This document shows positions 30,387 through 37,516 of a stretch of 64,000 nt of DNA, piece by piece (position 1 is the first letter of the stretch; the number at the start of each line of letters is the position of its first letter). The position numbers were made by a program, and so were the translations under genes. The notes below the pieces were generated by a model that was not told the origin of the DNA, did not search any database, and saw nothing but the letters and a program-made list of their open reading frames with translations. The stretch lies in the NCBI GenBank assembly GCA_035259205.1, contig DATFWO010000036.1, positions 11,018-75,017 on the forward strand. The letters run 5' to 3'. Origin of the DNA: Burkholderiales bacterium. GTDB taxonomy: Bacteria; Pseudomonadota; Gammaproteobacteria; Burkholderiales; SG8-41.

Positions 30387-30671
30387 TCTTATTTGCCCGG
30401 GGAACCTTGTTGACCAGCCCCGCCACCGCGGCCGGTATATTTGCAGATGTCATTTGTGCACTGTATTGCCCAGACCGTAAGGATCCAAGATCGACTCAAA
30501 CTCTCTTCTCTCGCCAGCACCGGATGTTCCAGTTGCGCCCTTGGTGAAGTAATTTTGAACAATGAACGAAAAAAGGTCAGACTCGATTGAAAACCTGAAG
30601 GGTCAGACTCGAATGCCCTGGCAAGAACAAATAGGGTTGGTGTACTGAACCTCTTTTCAGTCAACAAGGAA

Positions 30672-30703
30672 TTTCATCCGCGTTCATCTGCGTTTATCTG
30701 CGG
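30672..30703 (-). repeat. decamer array, family G (CGCAGATRAA on minus strand), 3 units
   Basis: TTCATCCGCG TTCATCTGCG TTTATCTGCG, trailing the ArsR stop. About 29/33 nt identical to 49217..49249 in opposite orientation. Confidence 0.8.
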
Positions 30704-30712
30704 CCAATCCTG

Positions 30713-31411
30713 CTATTGTTGGCTACAAAAAAGCTTGCCGAAAGCCTCATTTCCCCTGGGCGTGATGGTGACCGCACGCGAGCGCCGCGTGCGCAGGATC
30801 CAGCCGCGAGCAACGTAAAGGTCGAGCAGTGCGGCGCCCAGGGCCCCGCCAAGGTGCGGGCGCCGCTGGGTCAGGTCGACGCACGCACGCGCCAACACGC
30901 GCCGCGTCCCGCGCGCCGCCGCGAGATCGACATCGAGCGCGGCGAGCTTTTTCTCGCCGAGCCGGGTCACGCAGTAGTCCCGTCTCTCGGCTATAAGCCA
31001 GCGCGCCTTCAGCATCCCCTCGCATATCTGCACCGCCGCCTCGCCCGCCAGATGATCGTAGCAGGTCCGCGCGCGCAGAAACTGGATGGACACCGACTTC
31101 GAAGGCAGCGGACCGCGCGGCGCCCGGGGCAGGATCGCCACGCTGAGCGAGGCGAGGCTTTCGATCGCATCCGCCACCTGGGCGCTCGCGATCCGGAAAT
31201 AGCGATGCCGCCCCTGGGCTTCCGAAGTGAGCAGGCCGCCGTCCACGAGCTTCCCGAGGTGCGCGCTCGCCGACTGCGCTGAGATATTGGCGGTATAGGC
31301 GAGCTCGCCTGCCGGGCGCATCGTGCCGTCGATCAGCGCTCTCAATATCCTGGCGCGCGCCGGATCTGCCAGTAGGTTGGCGATGCGCGGGATGTTCGGC
31401 TCGTCATCCAT
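30713..31411 (-). CDS. ArsR/SmtB-type helix-turn-helix transcriptional regulator
   Basis: LADPARARILRALIDGTMRPAGELAYTANISAQSASAHLGKLVDGGLL wHTH. Divergent from the MFS gene. Confidence 0.8.
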   Translation of the reverse strand: MDDEPNIPRIANLLADPARARILRALIDGTMRPAGELAYTANISAQSASAHLGKLVDGGLLTSEAQGRHRYFRIASAQVADAIESLASLSVAILPRAPRGPLPSKSVSIQFLRARTCYDHLAGEAAVQICEGMLKARWLIAERRDYCVTRLGEKKLAALDVDLAAARGTRRVLARACVDLTQRRPHLGGALGAALLDLYVARGWILRTRRSRAVTITPRGNEAFGKLFCSQQ

Positions 31412-31485
31412 ATTTCACCTTACCATGAAACGTGCAGGTTACACCGTGCGGATAATGGCTGTCCATATCCTTGCACGGGAGTGCG

Positions 31486-32712
31486 ATGCGCCCGTTCGTG
31501 ATGCTCGTCATGATCACCGCGTTGAGCCAGTTCCACCGCGCCTGCCTGGGCGTGGTCGCGCCGGAGCTGACGCGCGACCTCGCCATGTCGCCCGAGCAGC
31601 TGGGAAGAGCCAGCGGCGCTTTCTTTCTCGCGATCGCCCTGGCGCAGGTGCCGGTCGGCATGCTCTTCGACCGGATCGGGCCGCGCCGAACGGTTACCGC
31701 CTTGACCGCTGTCGCAGTTGCCGCCGCGCTGTGGCAGGCCGCCGCGGCGACCGGAAGCCAGCTGATCGCCGCGCGTTTTTTCCTGGGCCTGGGTTGCGCC
31801 GGGAGCATCATGGGCGCGGTCACGTTGTGCGCCCTGTGGTACTCGCGCGAACGCATGAGCACGATGCTGAGCCGGGTGCTCGCGCTCGGTCAGACCGGGA
31901 TCTTCCTCGCCGCCACGCCGCTTGCGTTGGCGAGTACGACCGTCGGGTGGCGCGGCGCATTTGCCGGCATGGCGGTGGTTACCGCGGCGGTGGGCGTGCT
32001 CTTCTATGCCTGGGTCGAGGACCGTCCCGCGCACCCCTCCTCCGCGGCTCAGCCGCCGGAGTCGCTCCGCGCCGTCGTGCAGGGCCTCGCTACGGTGTGG
32101 CGCACGGAAGGACTGTTCCCGGTGCTGGCGATTCACACCTTTGCCTATCCCGGCATGGCGATCGTGCTGGGACTGTGGGCCGGTCCCTACCTGGCCGACG
32201 TGCACGGCCTCGACGGCCCGGCGCGCGGTAACGTGCTCCTGGCGATGGCCGTCGCGCAGGTCACTGGTATTCTTGCGTACGGTCCGCTCGACCGTCTGTT
32301 CGACACTCGTAAATGGGTGATCGTCACAGGCGCCGTCGGAACCATAGCCTCGCTCGCCGCCCTCGCGATGATCCCCGGGCCTCCGCTCGGCGTGGCCGTC
32401 GCCCTGCTCGTGCTGTTCTGCGGCGTGACCGCCTATGCCGTCGTGATCATGTCGCACGGGCGCAGCCTGTTTCCGGATCGCCTGATGGGCCGGGGCATCA
32501 CGACCGTCAACATCGCGCAGGTCGTGGGCCTCACGGTCTTGTCGGCAGTCACCGGCGAGATCGTCGGCGCATTTCCAGCCGAGGGCGTAGCGCGGCCCGA
32601 GGCCGCGTACCGCCACGTCTTCGGCAGCATCGCACTGGCGCTCTCCGTCGGTCTCGCCGTCTATCTGTTCGCGAAAGACGCCAAGCCCAGCCGGTCGGCT
32701 GTTCGGCCTTGA
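31486..32712 (+). CDS. MFS transporter
   Basis: ATG 31486 with GGGAG 5 nt upstream. Multiple TM segments; GMLFDRIGPRR MFS signature. Confidence 0.8.
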   Translation: MRPFVMLVMITALSQFHRACLGVVAPELTRDLAMSPEQLGRASGAFFLAIALAQVPVGMLFDRIGPRRTVTALTAVAVAAALWQAAAATGSQLIAARFFLGLGCAGSIMGAVTLCALWYSRERMSTMLSRVLALGQTGIFLAATPLALASTTVGWRGAFAGMAVVTAAVGVLFYAWVEDRPAHPSSAAQPPESLRAVVQGLATVWRTEGLFPVLAIHTFAYPGMAIVLGLWAGPYLADVHGLDGPARGNVLLAMAVAQVTGILAYGPLDRLFDTRKWVIVTGAVGTIASLAALAMIPGPPLGVAVALLVLFCGVTAYAVVIMSHGRSLFPDRLMGRGITTVNIAQVVGLTVLSAVTGEIVGAFPAEGVARPEAAYRHVFGSIALALSVGLAVYLFAKDAKPSRSAVRP

Positions 32713-32775
32713 CGTTGGCTGTGAGGGAGCTGCCCTGATGTAGGATGAACTTCAAAACTCAATTAGAGATACCCC

Positions 32776-33453
32776 GTGGCTGAAATCAGGGTTATGGCAT
32801 CGGCAGCGTTCAAAGAGGCTTACCTCGAACTTGTTCCGCAGTTCGAGCGCGCCACCGGTCACAAGGTCATGACGATGTGGATACCGACCGTGGAGATGAT
32901 GAGCCGCCTGAAAGGCGGCGAGGCAGTCGACCTGGTCATCCTGCCCGCCGCCATGCTCGACGACCTCATCGGGCTCGGCCGCATCGTCGACCGGGCCGAT
33001 CTCGCCAGATCGGGCATCGGCGTCGCCGTGAAAGCGGGCGCGCCGCGACCGGACATCAGCTCGAGCGAGGCGCTCAAGCGGGCGGTGCTCGCGGCCCGGT
33101 CCATCGTGTACTCAACCGGCCCGAGCGGGATCTACCTCGTCGGGCTGTTTCAGCGCATGGGCATCGCCGATGCGATCAAGGGCAAGGTGAAGCAGGTGCA
33201 AGGCGAGCCGGCGGGCGCGTCGGTTGCGCGCGGTGAAGCGGAGCTGGGGTTTCAGCAAGTAAGCGAGCTGCTTCCCGTACCTGGAATAGACCTGATCGGC
33301 CCGCTGCCGCCAGAAGTACAGGAGATCACCGTCGTTTCCGCCGGGCTCCATGCGGACGCAAAAGAACCTGACGCGGCGAAGGCCCTGGTCAAGTTCTTCA
33401 GGGAGCCGGCCGCCGCTCCCGTCATCAGGAAGAAAGGACTGGAGCCGGCCTGA
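32776..33453 (+). CDS. ModA-like (PBP2) substrate-binding domain protein without signal peptide
   Basis: IRVMASAAFKEAYLELVPQFERATGHKV...DLVILPAAMLDDL... type-II binding-protein pattern. GTG start; ATG 32794 is an alternative. Confidence 0.6.
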   Translation: MAEIRVMASAAFKEAYLELVPQFERATGHKVMTMWIPTVEMMSRLKGGEAVDLVILPAAMLDDLIGLGRIVDRADLARSGIGVAVKAGAPRPDISSSEALKRAVLAARSIVYSTGPSGIYLVGLFQRMGIADAIKGKVKQVQGEPAGASVARGEAELGFQQVSELLPVPGIDLIGPLPPEVQEITVVSAGLHADAKEPDAAKALVKFFREPAAAPVIRKKGLEPA

Positions 33454-33457
33454 CTTA

Positions 33458-33502
33458 TGAGGGATGAGGGATGAGGGATGAGGGATGAGGGATGAGGGAT
33501 GA
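33458..33502 (+). repeat. heptamer array, family A (TGAGGGA), 6.4 perfect units
   Basis: TGAGGGA x6 then TGA, starting 4 nt after stop 33451..33453. Confidence 0.95.
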
Positions 33503-33510
33503 ACGGACAA

Positions 33511-33538
33511 CCCCTCACCCCTCAATCATTACTCATTA
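33511..33538 (-). repeat. heptamer array complementary to 33458..33502, overlapping the stop of the UGSC gene
   Basis: CCCCTCA CCCCTCA ATCATTA CTCATTA (plus strand). CCCCTCACCCCTCA pairs with TGAGGGATGAGGG at 12 of 13 positions. Confidence 0.8.
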
Positions 33539-34072
33539 CGCTTTCTGCCCTTCCAGCAACAGCTTCACCACCTCGGGCACGATCGCCTTCGCGCGCTGAT
33601 CGAGCTCCGCATCGCTCAGGTTCGCGATCGGATGAGGCATCTCGAGGAAACGAAACTCGGGAAGACCCCAGGTCTTGGCCATGGCGCGGCCCGTCGGCCG
33701 GAACGGCTGCGTGATGATGGACGCCGAGGGAATCCCGTGCTGTTCGAAAACGATACTGTCGAGCACACTGCCCGACGAGCACGACCCTCAGTCGCCTACC
33801 CCCGCGACGACGACGTCGCAGCTGGCTTTGTACTCGTCGATGATCTCGGTGTGCGGCGCGACGCCCGAGCTGTGCTTCTTGCGGATGATGTGCGCCTTCG
33901 CGCCGTGCTCTTTCTCGAGTATCGAGGCGATGCGCAGCAGCAGCTGGTCCGAGTTGTGCTTGGTGTTGTCCACCAGCCCGAGCCGCAGGCCGGAGAGCGA
34001 CTTCGGCCGCGGCGCGTACTTGATGGTGCGCGGCGTGGCCTCCGTCGTAGGATCGAAGATCTGTATAGGCAT
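33536..34072 (-). CDS. candidate UGSC-type selenoprotein (in-frame TGA 33788..33790 read as Sec), 178 codons
   Basis: ORFs 33788..34072 and 33536..33766 are one frame separated only by this TGA: ...DVVVAGVGD-U-GSCSSGSVLDS... The second half has no ATG or SD of its own. It aligns along its full length with 13106..~13640. Confidence 0.75.
33758..33776 (-). promoter_or_regulatory. SECIS-like hairpin 11 nt downstream of TGA 33790..33788
   Basis: Minus strand GTCGGGCA-GTG-TGCTCGAC: 8-bp stem (one G-U), loop starting GU, 11-nt spacer. Compensatory changes relative to 13405..13423. Confidence 0.6.
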
Positions 34073-34093
34073 GTTGCGCTCCTTTCTGGTTGC

Positions 34094-34132
34094 TTCATCA
34101 CTTCTTCACTGCTTCACCCTTTGCCGCTTCAC
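34094..34132 (-). repeat. octamer array, family E (GTGAAGNN on minus strand)
   Basis: TCAC at 34098/34106/34114/34129. Minus strand ...GGTGAAGCAGTGAAGAAGTGATGAAG. Fills the spacer between the partner-gene stop (34137) and the UGSC start (34072). Confidence 0.8.
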
Positions 34133-34136
34133 TTTT

Positions 34137-35171
34137 TCAATGATTCTTGATTTCCTTGGTGACGCTTTGCGACCCCTTCTTGCTGCCCCAGCCGGGTATG
34201 AACGCGGACTGCGAGCCGGCATTGCCGCCCGCCGCGATCACCAGCAGATCTTCCGGGCGCTCGACGATAGGAGACATCTCACGCTCGTCTCCGGGCTTCA
34301 CGTCCCCCTTCATCATGTTGAAGCGCTTGAACTCCGCCATGCTGGACCGGGCGTTCTCGAATACGTATTTCTGGACCTGCTCGCGGCTCCACCCGGCCTT
34401 CTTGAAGGTCACCTGGTGCTCGCCGCCGAAGACCATCGCGTACTGCGGCTGGCGCGTCGCGCCGGCGGAGATCTTCATGTGCGCGCACGCCGTGGTCAGT
34501 ATGCCTTCGGGAGACGCGCTCAGGCCGTTGTTGTACTGGTGCGGCGCCAGCGCCGCGAAAATCGTGACCGCGTTCTGGTCGCGGCGGAAGCCGCGGGTCG
34601 TATGAAAAGGCGGCCACGGGCTGTCGACTTCGTTCTCGGCGATGCAGTACGTGTATTTCCCGCCGTGGCCGAGGTTGCTGCGGTCGAGCTCGCCCGGCAG
34701 CGTGCCGATCGCGTTGCGCATGGTGAGCCGCACCGCGCGCCCGATCGTCGCGTTCGCGCGCCATCCGGGAGAGAACAGGTTGTGCCCGCTGTTGATGTCG
34801 AGCTCGCGCGCGATCGGCCCGTTTACCAGCATGAATACGGCCGAGCCGCCCGTGCTGGTCGCCGGGCCGTGGTAGCCGTAGAGCGGATCTCCCAGTGCCT
34901 CGACCGCCGCCATGACGATCGGCATGTACTCGGCCTTGCACCCGGCCATCACCGCGTTGATCGCCACTTTCTCCGCGGTCACCGAGAGCTGGCGGTTCTC
35001 GATGAAAGCGACCTGGAGCTGAGGCTCCACCCCAGCCGCCGCCAGCATGCCGACGACGCGCTCCTCGGTCGCGGGCACGACGGGAAAACCGTCGGTCCAG
35101 CCGTTCGTGTAGCAGAGTTCCATTGCGCCGGCCAGGTCGGCCGCGGTATGGCGTCGCGACGTAAGTTCCAT
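34137..35171 (-). CDS. UGSC-associated protein of unknown function (paralogue of residues ~190-535 of 13106..14713)
   Basis: Start at ATG 35171 (MELTSRRHT...) with GGGAG 8 nt upstream. Motifs shared with locus 1: GW(T/G)DG(F/L)PVVP(A/P)T, INAVMAGC, NATIGRA/NATLGRA, GKYT(Y/F)C, IAAGG/VAGG. Confidence 0.7.
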   Translation of the reverse strand: MELTSRRHTAADLAGAMELCYTNGWTDGFPVVPATEERVVGMLAAAGVEPQLQVAFIENRQLSVTAEKVAINAVMAGCKAEYMPIVMAAVEALGDPLYGYHGPATSTGGSAVFMLVNGPIARELDINSGHNLFSPGWRANATIGRAVRLTMRNAIGTLPGELDRSNLGHGGKYTYCIAENEVDSPWPPFHTTRGFRRDQNAVTIFAALAPHQYNNGLSASPEGILTTACAHMKISAGATRQPQYAMVFGGEHQVTFKKAGWSREQVQKYVFENARSSMAEFKRFNMMKGDVKPGDEREMSPIVERPEDLLVIAAGGNAGSQSAFIPGWGSKKGSQSVTKEIKNH

Positions 35172-35400
35172 GCTTTGCTCCCGTGGGTAAGTGTTGCGTG
35201 CTGCCGCAGGAATGAGGTTACTCCCCAAGTCCAACCTGTGTCGAGAATCGTCCGCCGTCCGCATTGCGGAAATTCGGTGCTGCGCCGCAGGGCCCCGACA
35301 CGCGTCGGTGGACTCCAGTCGCGCGGCTGGAAGAAAATGCGGCTTCCGCCGGCAACTCGACGCCCGTAGAGATCGAGCACCCCCCGAGGATGGAGGACGG

Positions 35401-36366
35401 ATGCGTATGTGGCATGCGATAGTTGCGGCCGTCGCTCTGGCCGGTCTGGCCGCTCCCCTTTGCGCGCAGAATCAACCGGGTCGCTCGATCCGGCTGGTCG
35501 TCCCGCAAGCGCCCGGGGGCACCAACGACACCCTGGGCCGCATCGTCGCCGACAGGCTCGCGGAGCGCCTCGGCCAGCAGGTCGTGGTCGATAACCGCGC
35601 CGGGGGAAACAGCCAGATCGGCTCTACCATCGTCGCGCGGGCCGTGCCCGACGGACGCACCTTGCTCATTACGGGTGCAGGGCACGCCATCAATCCGGCT
35701 CTCCAGAGCTCGTTGCCGTACGAAACCGAGCGCGATTTCGCTCCCGTGGGTCTCGTCGGCGGCGGTCCCTACTGGCTGGTCGTGCATCCCTCCGTCCCCG
35801 CAAAGACGGCGAGGGAGTTCGTGGCCTGGGTGAGGTCGCGGCCCGGCCAGGTGAATTGCGCTTCGGCGGGCGTCGGCAATCCCACGCATCTCGCGGCCGA
35901 GCTCTTCAACATGGCCACCGGCACCGACATGCGGCACATTCCGTACAAAGGCGGTGCCGCGGTACTGCCCGACCTGATCGGCGGCCGCGTATCGGCGTTT
36001 TTCTCGTCGATCACCACCGCCCAGGCGCACGTTCAGGCGGGAAGGCTCAAGTCCATCGCGGTGACCACTGCCAGGCGCTCGCCGTTCATTCCCGATGTTC
36101 CGACCCTCGGCGAGTCCGGCATCACCGGCGCCGAGGTGGACGGCTGGTACGGAATCCTGACGACGGGCAATACCCCGCGCGCGACGGTGACCCGCCTCAG
36201 CACCGGGCTGCGGCAGGTGCTGTCCGATTCGGCCACGCGCGAGGCGATAGAGAGACAGGGAATTACCCCTGCGCTTAACACCGCCGAAGAGTTCGCGGCG
36301 CTCATCCACAACGACATCGCCAAGTGGAAAAAGGTCGTGAGCGCGGCGGGCATCAAGCCCGAGTGA
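35401..36366 (+). CDS. Bug/TctC family substrate-binding protein
   Basis: Start at ATG 35401 (MRMWHAIVAAVALAGLAAPLCAQ). IRLVVPQAPGGTND, VVDNRAGG, HIPYKGGA. Confidence 0.9.
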   Translation: MRMWHAIVAAVALAGLAAPLCAQNQPGRSIRLVVPQAPGGTNDTLGRIVADRLAERLGQQVVVDNRAGGNSQIGSTIVARAVPDGRTLLITGAGHAINPALQSSLPYETERDFAPVGLVGGGPYWLVVHPSVPAKTAREFVAWVRSRPGQVNCASAGVGNPTHLAAELFNMATGTDMRHIPYKGGAAVLPDLIGGRVSAFFSSITTAQAHVQAGRLKSIAVTTARRSPFIPDVPTLGESGITGAEVDGWYGILTTGNTPRATVTRLSTGLRQVLSDSATREAIERQGITPALNTAEEFAALIHNDIAKWKKVVSAAGIKPE

Positions 36367-36398
36367 CTTCCATCAGTCACGTTTTATCAGTCACGTGT
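36361..36398 (+). repeat. GAGTGAC unit plus 14-nt direct repeat (ATCAGTCACGT x2)
   Basis: ATCAGTCACGT at 36372..36382 and 36386..36396. The array begins inside stop codon 36364..36366. Confidence 0.75.
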
Positions 36399-36416
36399 TA
36401 GCACAGGAGACGATCG

Positions 36417-37040
36417 ATGAGCACAGGCAAGGAAGCACGTTTCGTGGTCGCGCCGGAGCGCATGCCGGAAATCCCGGCTGCAAAGATGACCGAAGCGCAG
36501 AAGCAGGCAGTCGCCGAAATCAGCGCCGGCCCGCGCGGCGAGGTGAAAGGACCGTTCGTCGCGTTTCTGCGCAGCCCGGAGCTGATGCGCCGCGTGCAGA
36601 AGGTCGGCGAGTACCTCCGCTTCATGTGCCCGATCGACAAGCGCCTGGGCGAGTTCGCGGCGATCATAGGGGCCCGCGCGTGGTCGCAGCAGTTCGAGTG
36701 GTGGGCGCACTACCGGCAGGCGGTAGCGGCGGGCTTGAAGCGCGAGATCGCCGACGCCGTGGCCGAAGGCCGGCGTCCGGCAGGCATGGCAGAAGATGAA
36801 GAGATCCTCTACGACTTTCTGACCGAGCTCATCAATACCAAGGGCGTGAGCGACACGACGTACGCGCGCGCGGTCGCCAAGTTCGGCGAGCAGGGTGTGA
36901 TCGACCTCACCAGCGTCGTCGGTTATTACACATTGCTCGCGATGGTGATGAACGTCGCGCGCACGGCGGTGCCGGAAGGCCCGTCTCTTCCGCTGCCGGC
37001 ACTGCCACTCAGGGCGACTCCCCTGGTGACTAGAGACTAG
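36417..37040 (+). CDS. carboxymuconolactone decarboxylase (AhpD-like) family protein
   Basis: ...GPFVAFLRSPELMRRVQKVGEYLRF...EFAAIIGARAWSQQFEWWAHYRQA... pattern. The last codons run into a heptamer array. Confidence 0.7.
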   Translation: MSTGKEARFVVAPERMPEIPAAKMTEAQKQAVAEISAGPRGEVKGPFVAFLRSPELMRRVQKVGEYLRFMCPIDKRLGEFAAIIGARAWSQQFEWWAHYRQAVAAGLKREIADAVAEGRRPAGMAEDEEILYDFLTELINTKGVSDTTYARAVAKFGEQGVIDLTSVVGYYTLLAMVMNVARTAVPEGPSLPLPALPLRATPLVTRD

Positions 37041-37069
37041 GGACTTGAGACTAGGGATAAGGGCTGGAG
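37028..37069 (+). repeat. heptamer array, family C, 6 units (left arm flanking the four-helix-bundle gene)
   Basis: GACTAGA GACTAGG GACTTGA GACTAGG GATAAGG GCTGGAG. Overlaps stop 37038..37040. Confidence 0.9.
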
Positions 37070-37117
37070 ATTGACCTGCTTGTACACCTTAATGTCCCTA
37101 GCATCGTTAATGCCTGC

Positions 37118-37489
37118 ATGGGGAATTGGACACATCGAGACCTTGTGGCGTGGCGCGAAGCAATGAAGCTCGCTGAAATGGTGTATCGGGACACCGAGAG
37201 TTTTCCAAAGATGGAACGCCATGGCCTTGCGGCGCAGCTGAGACGTGCCGCGGTGTCAATCCCATCGAACATTGCCGAGGGTTCGGGAAGGAACTCGTCC
37301 AGAGAACTCTTTCAGTTTCTCGGCTTTACCTGCGGTTCTCTTGCAGAGCTCGAGACTCAACTTGAGCTTGCAACAAGGCTGGGATACCTCGAGGCAAGCA
37401 ATCAAGTTGCGAATCAAGCAAACTTCGTTGGAAAGCTCGTCAATGGCTTGCGCAAGTCAATTAAGAAGCGAAGCAACCCCGGTCTCTAG
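37118..37489 (+). CDS. four-helix-bundle protein (23S rRNA-IVS protein / Avd-like family)
   Basis: 123 aa; ...LVAWREAMKLAEMVYRDTESFPKMERHGLAAQLRRAAVSIPSNIAEGSGRNSSRELFQFL..GSLAELETQLELA is the family signature as I recall it. Confidence 0.85.
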   Translation: MGNWTHRDLVAWREAMKLAEMVYRDTESFPKMERHGLAAQLRRAAVSIPSNIAEGSGRNSSRELFQFLGFTCGSLAELETQLELATRLGYLEASNQVANQANFVGKLVNGLRKSIKKRSNPGL

Positions 37490-37508
37490 TCCCTAGTCTC
37501 CAGTCTCT
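37481..37508 (-). repeat. heptamer array, family C inverted, 4 units (right arm flanking the four-helix-bundle gene)
   Basis: GGTCTCT AGTCCCT AGTCTCC AGTCTCT. Its reverse complement matches 37033..37052 at 18 of 21 positions (13 contiguous). Overlaps stop 37487..37489. Confidence 0.9.
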
Positions 37509-37516
37509 CATTCGCG

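Noticed and set aside
30389-30667. 92-aa ORF abutting the lipoprotein gene
   Set aside because: The product (…FSTPTLFVLARAFESDPSGFQSSLTFFRSLFKITSPRAQ…GRGGGAGQQGSPGK) has no recognisable features and no evident RBS. Only the 2-nt spacing to the next ATG speaks for it. It is left unannotated and mentioned under the low-GC islet.
33675-35369. 564-aa plus-strand ORF spanning both genes of selenoprotein locus 2
   Set aside because: It is antisense to two genes that each have a paralogue at locus 1 with conserved motifs. Its product is Arg/Ala-rich shadow sequence.
37118-37489. Four-helix-bundle gene as evidence of an rRNA intervening sequence or a diversity-generating retroelement
   Set aside because: I recognised no rRNA sequence in the window, no reverse transcriptase gene, and no template/variable repeat pair. 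The gene sits between two ordinary convergent protein genes.
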